Source of the DNA: Patescibacteria group bacterium
Lineage (GTDB): Bacteria > Patescibacteriota > Minisyncoccia > JAHIHE01 > JAGLIN01
Reading direction: 5' to 3'
DNA length: 64,000 nucleotides
NCBI GenBank assembly: GCA_019428855.1
Contig: JAHYJV010000002.1
Location: forward strand, 1,917 to 65,916
The stretch's first letter is position 1. Every line of letters begins with the position of its first letter. Of the stretch, positions 61,635-64,000 are shown piece after piece. The translations under genes were made by a program, and so were the position numbers. The notes beneath the pieces were generated by a model that saw only the letters and a list, made by a program, of their open reading frames with translations, searched no databases and was not told the DNA's origin.

Positions 61635-62750
61635 TTATAAGCCCTCTTTTTTCAGTTCTTCTAATATTTTTCTTTGTTTTCTTGAAATATTTCTAGGAGT
61701 TCTAACTAAAACTACTACGAACATATCGCCCTTCCCCCTGCTTTGTAAGTGTGGCAAGCCTCTGTCTTTCAAACTTATAATTTTTCCAGATTGAATTCCA
61801 GCTGGAATCTTAAGACTTATATCACCAGATATTGTTGGAATTTTAATCTTATCTCCCAAAACTGCCTGGGAGTAATTTATTTCGAGATCATAAATAAGGT
61901 CATCTTCCTTTCTTCTGAAAAGACTATGCGTTCTAACATGCACAGTAATATACAAATCACCTGCAACAGATTTTCCCGAAGCTGGACGGAAACCCGATTC
62001 TCCCTGTCCAGATAAGCGAATTGTTTGTCCATCAGCAATACCAGCTGGAATTTTAATTTTAATTGTCTTATTTTCCTTTACCTTTCCGTCTCCTCCACAT
62101 TTATCACAACTTTTTTCAGGTTTTTCACCATATCCCTGGCAATCTTGGCAAACTTCCATCTGTGCAAAAAACCCCAGCATCGTTCGTCTTTCTTTTTTAA
62201 TTTGACCTAAACCATGACAAGTTTTACATTTAACCCAATTACTACCACTTCTTGCTCCTGCTCCCTTACATTGAGAACAAGCTGATGCTAAATATACATT
62301 TAAATCCTTTTCAGTGTCAACCACCGCCTCTTCTAGAGTAATTTCAATATCAAGAGATATATCATTCCCTTTTTTTTGAGTTTGCCTTTGACCTCTTCCG
62401 CCTCCTCCAAAGATATCTCCAAAAATATCTCCAAATCCGCCACCATCACCGCCAAATTCAAAATTAAATCCATTTTGACCTCCCGCAAATCCAGAGAAAT
62501 CAAATCCTCCAAAACCTTGGCCTCCTCCTGCTCCTGCCTGCTCAAATCCAGAACCGAACTGGTCATATTGAGATCTTTTTTGTTTATCTGAAAGAACTTG
62601 ATACGCTTCATTTATTTCCTTAAATTTCGCTTCATCTCCACCTTCTTTGTCTGGATGATGTTTATGCGCCGCCTTCCGAAAAGCCTTTTTAATTTCATCA
62701 TCAGTTGCATTCTTTGAAACTCCTAAAATATCATAATAATCTTTTGCCAT
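61635..62750 (-). CDS. dnaJ: molecular chaperone DnaJ
   Basis: 371 aa. J domain 'DYYDILGV...HPD', a G/F-rich region, and four CxxCxGxG repeats ([32 protein letters not shown]). Confidence 0.96.
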   Translation of the reverse strand: MAKDYYDILGVSKNATDDEIKKAFRKAAHKHHPDKEGGDEAKFKEINEAYQVLSDKQKRSQYDQFGSGFEQAGAGGGQGFGGFDFSGFAGGQNGFNFEFGGDGGGFGDIFGDIFGGGGRGQRQTQKKGNDISLDIEITLEEAVVDTEKDLNVYLASACSQCKGAGARSGSNWVKCKTCHGLGQIKKERRTMLGFFAQMEVCQDCQGYGEKPEKSCDKCGGDGKVKENKTIKIKIPAGIADGQTIRLSGQGESGFRPASGKSVAGDLYITVHVRTHSLFRRKEDDLIYDLEINYSQAVLGDKIKIPTISGDISLKIPAGIQSGKIISLKDRGLPHLQSRGKGDMFVVVLVRTPRNISRKQRKILEELKKEGL

Positions 62751-62839
62751 ATATATTGAAATATTTAATAATTTAAACCAATTTACTGATTTATTTTAGC
62801 ATCAAATCAGTAATTTATCAAGATATAAAATTTCTAGAA

Positions 62840-64000
62840 TCAAAACCTCTTCTCTAATTTCCGCAATTCCAAAATCTCATCGCGCAACATCGCCGCTTGT
62901 TCAAATTTCAAATCTTGAGAATATTTTCTCATTTCTTTTTCTTTCATCTTAATTATTTTCGGAATATTTTCAAAACTTTCAATCTTCAAATATTCTTCCA
63001 AAACTTTCGGCTCAATTTCTTGATCAACAATGCTTTTAATTTTTTTCTGAATTGTGGCCGGTGTAATTTTGTGTTTCACATTATAAACGACCTGCTTTTT
63101 TCTTCTTCGGTTCGTTTCCTCAATCGCCCTTTTCATTGACCCAGTTATATTATCAGCATACATAATGACCTTGCCAGACACATTTCGTGCCGCCCTACCA
63201 ATTGTCTGAATGAGTGATGTTTCACTTCTTAAAAATCCTTCCTTGTCCGCATCCAAAATTCCAACCAAGGTAACTTCGGGTAAATCCAATCCTTCTCTAA
63301 GTAAATTTACTCCTACCAGACAATCAAATTTCCCTCTTCGCAAATCTTCCAAAATTCTTATGCGGTCAAGTGTATCAACTTCACTATGCAAGTAATTTGA
63401 TTTTATACCCATATCTCGCAAATATTCATCCAAGTCTTCCGCCATTTTTTTGGTCAAAGTCGTCACCAATACCCTTTCTTTCTTTTTGGCGCAAATCTCA
63501 ATTTCTTGCGCCAAATCGTCCACTTGATTTTCAATTGGCCTAACTTCAATTTCTGGATCAATTAAACCAGTCGGTCGAATGATTTGCTCCACGATTTGCG
63601 AGGATATTTCTTTTTCATAATCAGATGGTGTGGCTGAGATATAAATCACCTTTTTAACTCTCTTGCAAAACTCATCAAATCTCAAAGGACGATTATCAAA
63701 AGCCGATGGCAATCGAAAACCATGATCAACTAAATTTTTTTTCCGCGCGCGATCGCCCGCATACATCGCTCTGATTTGAGGAATAGCGACATGAGATTCA
63801 TCAATAACCACCAGATAATCCTTGGGAAAATAATCCATTAAAGTATAGGGTGGTTCCCCTTTTTTTCGGCCTGTCAAATATCGGGAATAATTTTCAATTC
63901 CGTTACAATACCCTACTTCTCGAATCATCTCCAAATCATACTTCGTTCTTCTTTTCAGTCGGTCAGCTTCCAATAATTTTCCTTCTTCTTGAAAAACTTT
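62840..64000 (-). CDS. uvrB: excinuclease ABC subunit B, C-terminal part (5' end outside window)
   Basis: The frame is open to the window edge. '[36 protein letters not shown]', helicase motifs 'VIDESH', 'TATP..YE' and 'QTIGRAARN', and the C-terminal UVR domain '[17 protein letters not shown]'. Confidence 0.95.
   Translation of the reverse strand, partial: KVFQEEGKLLEADRLKRRTKYDLEMIREVGYCNGIENYSRYLTGRKKGEPPYTLMDYFPKDYLVVIDESHVAIPQIRAMYAGDRARKKNLVDHGFRLPSAFDNRPLRFDEFCKRVKKVIYISATPSDYEKEISSQIVEQIIRPTGLIDPEIEVRPIENQVDDLAQEIEICAKKKERVLVTTLTKKMAEDLDEYLRDMGIKSNYLHSEVDTLDRIRILEDLRRGKFDCLVGVNLLREGLDLPEVTLVGILDADKEGFLRSETSLIQTIGRAARNVSGKVIMYADNITGSMKRAIEETNRRRKKQVVYNVKHKITPATIQKKIKSIVDQEIEPKVLEEYLKIESFENIPKIIKMKEKEMRKYSQDLKFEQAAMLRDEILELRKLEKRF

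Overview
AT-rich bacterial chromosome segment. It looks like a small-genome Patescibacteria/CPR-type organism; this is an inference from gene content and protein styles, as no database search was possible. TGA is used as a stop (metG, tatD), so the code is standard. About 55 mostly housekeeping genes are present, and from about 7.8 kb onward nearly all are on the minus strand. They include metG (partial), tatD, leuS, three peptidases (M16, M42, M24), an FtsW/RodA-family gene, clpP, tig, ppaC, nusA, an ABC-F ATPase, an FKBP isomerase, a U32 peptidase, gpmI, trmD, rpsP, smc, ndk, a split comEC, nrdDG, ftsAZ, dgkA, ybeY, rpsU, hisS, lepB, dnaJ and uvrB (partial). There is also a 16S-tRNAIle-tRNAAla ... 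23S-5S rRNA locus and a tRNA-Lys. No CRISPR array, intact mobile element or recognisable defence operon was seen. The observations most worth follow-up are:

1. A 1332-aa LeuRS carries three in-frame nested domains: a perfect Nudix box, an ASCH-like domain and an RdgB/Ham1 domain.
2. A conserved 51-nt module sits exactly 8 nt upstream of the -35 hexamer of five different minus-strand promoters. These serve 16S rRNA, rpsP, ndk, lepB and a rodA-linked operon.
3. The rRNA operon is interrupted between tRNA-Ala and 23S by about 2 kb. The insert holds a frameshifted serine-recombinase remnant and a membrane-protein gene, and 16S and 23S have look-alike promoters.
4. NrdD ends before the glycyl-radical domain, next to an intact nrdG.
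5. Two related long perfect palindromes bracket an orphan wHTH/Cas2-like gene.
6. A two-gene cassette encodes a PD-(D/E)xK-like protein and a 62-aa zf-HC2 protein.
7. The SMC is only 752 aa and appears to lack a hinge.
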